A stretch of DNA of 64,000 bases from Antedon mediterranea (Eukaryota > Animalia > Echinodermata): the NCBI RefSeq assembly GCF_964355755.1, contig NC_092678.1, positions 12,088,352-12,152,351 of the forward strand. Direction: 5' to 3'. Numbering within the stretch: the first letter of the stretch is position 1; each line of letters opens with the position of its first letter. This document shows positions 62,466 to 64,000 of the stretch, piece after piece. A program made the translations under genes and the position numbers. The notes under the pieces are model-generated. The model saw nothing but the letters and a program-made list of their open reading frames with translations, ran no database searches and was not told where the DNA came from.

Positions 62466-63050
62466 CAGGGCCGTAGCCAGGATCTGTCAAGGGGGGGTTC
62501 GGACACTAAATATTTGGGTCAACCCCCCCCCCCCCCTTCCCCCAGCCTGATGCGAAGCGAATTTTGTTAAATGACACCCCTAGATGGCCGGAAAAGACAC
62601 TATCGTGCAGCATGCTATATAACCAATGAGCAAAAAGATCGTACTTTTTTCCTCCTCCTCCTCCTCCTCAAACACGTCGATAATTTAAATGACGATAACT
62701 ATTTGTTGCCGTATGTTAGATGCGCGTGCTCTGTGCGGAACCGCCGATTGTTTGATCATTTACTCCGTATTTTGTTTTGCGTTCAAGTTCAATGCGAACG
62801 TATATCTAGGAGCAGCCCCGAAAAAAGCACACTGGGTGAAGGCAAATGCTATTTGCTAGCTCTATCTATATTATTTATTTACAGCAATTTGTTGAGGAAT
62901 ATAAATATGTAAATAGGTGATATTGATACATTTTAGTACGTATCGGCTGGTGGTCTAGAAAAAAATAATCGGATGCCATAATGTGAACTACAGTACTTGA
63001 TACCATAGATATTATAGTGTAAAATATTAATATTCACTATAATCCTCTAT
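62466..63050. mobile_element. Second, inverted member of the 31010-33359 family (partial)
   Basis: 62466-62521 is the reverse complement of 33304-33359; 62938-63050 matches the complement of 31481-31600. Confidence 0.82.
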
Positions 63051-64000
63051 GACCCCATTTACACTTCAGCTTTTAGCGAGCCCGAGGCCGGCTCGGAGCC
63101 AAAAGTGCACAAGTGTAAACACTCTGGGAACAACCGAGCCGGCCTCGAGCCGGCTCAATTTTGAGCCTAGTCTAGAGTAGGCTTCGGGCCGGCAATTGCG
63201 GGCTTCGGGCCGGCACTTCGTATAGTGTAAACACTCGCGGTCATAAAATGAACGTTCTGGGTCAACTAGGCCTATAGCTTTAAGTTTACGAAACTTATTG
63301 CTGATGAATCGGAAATTCTTCATTGAAATTAAATTGGTGAAGATGTATACGCCTTTTTCACGAAACGAAGACATCTTCGATCTATGACAAACAATGCCGT
63401 GCAACGAAGCGTAACCAACAGAAATAACATAGTGTTTTCAGGGGATTTCAGGACACCATGCGGCGCCTATGCTTATAAACTATGGTGTTTTTTTTCGATG
63501 GACTTATTATTATTATTATAAAATTATAATTTTTTTTAATCACAAAGTTCTATAGGCTAATCTTTAAAGAACATTTTACAGTAAAAATTTTGTCCATACG
63601 ACTGTCCGTTGAGGAGTTACGAATTTTTAAGTAACTTGTCCTCCGAAAATAGGCTGAAAACGCTATGTTATTTCTGTTGGTTACGCTTCGTTGAACGGCA
63701 TTGTTTGTGTTGTCATCGATCGAAGATGTCTTCCGTTTCGTGAAAAAGGCGTAGGATCTACTACTATTCTTTAGAAAACGAGACGCAAACATTAGTAGTA
63801 AAAGCAATAATACAATTGTTTTGATCAATATTAAATACCGTTATTTGATTCTTTTTTGATAAAGTTGATAGGCCTAGGCCTAGTGTAGATCGACAACGCT
63901 TATAATATTAACTTTTTAAGACGTGAATGTAGCGAAATCGTATCATCGAGCACTCTTCCGCGAGAGCAAGTGTAAACGCAAAAGTAAGGGCCCGAGGCCG
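63051..64000. mobile_element. Foldback/MITE-like element running off the window end
   Basis: Starts gaccccatttacact; repeated gtgtaaac and gcccgaggccg motifs; long internal inverted repeat 63348-63440 / 63654-63751. Confidence 0.6.

Overview
AT-rich eukaryotic genomic DNA from an invertebrate animal; the repeat landscape and NLR type suggest an echinoderm or other marine deuterostome, which is inference only. There are two host genes, both on the minus strand. (1) A 16-17 exon PMCA/ATP2B-derived P-type ATPase (41067->1227). By manual splicing it keeps GT-AG introns, consistent phases and an open frame of about 1064 aa (1080 with a candidate 48-nt exon). Nearly every catalytic hallmark is replaced: DKTGT->NKTGV, TGES->TRRDS, TGDGTND->TGRYIGD, PEGLP->PSSLP, and the TM5/TM6 Ca2+ ligands. 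The calmodulin-binding tail is absent, while the nucleotide-binding motifs survive. It looks like a maintained pseudo-pump and is the main finding. (2) A tandem-DED + NACHT + LRR immune receptor (NLR; about 57248->50807) with an in-frame stop in the LRRs, three copies of its ATG micro-exon and an adjacent decayed NACHT paralog fragment. The rest is mobile and repetitive DNA: three CR1/L2-group LINEs (one nearly intact, with a 2A-like motif), an Academ-type transposon inserted in a 47-bp minisatellite and itself interrupted by another element, piggyBac/MULE/Harbinger/hAT-like and DINE-1-like non-autonomous elements, an RPLP1 retro-pseudogene and many minisatellites. All alignments were done by eye against remembered family consensus; no database searches were run.
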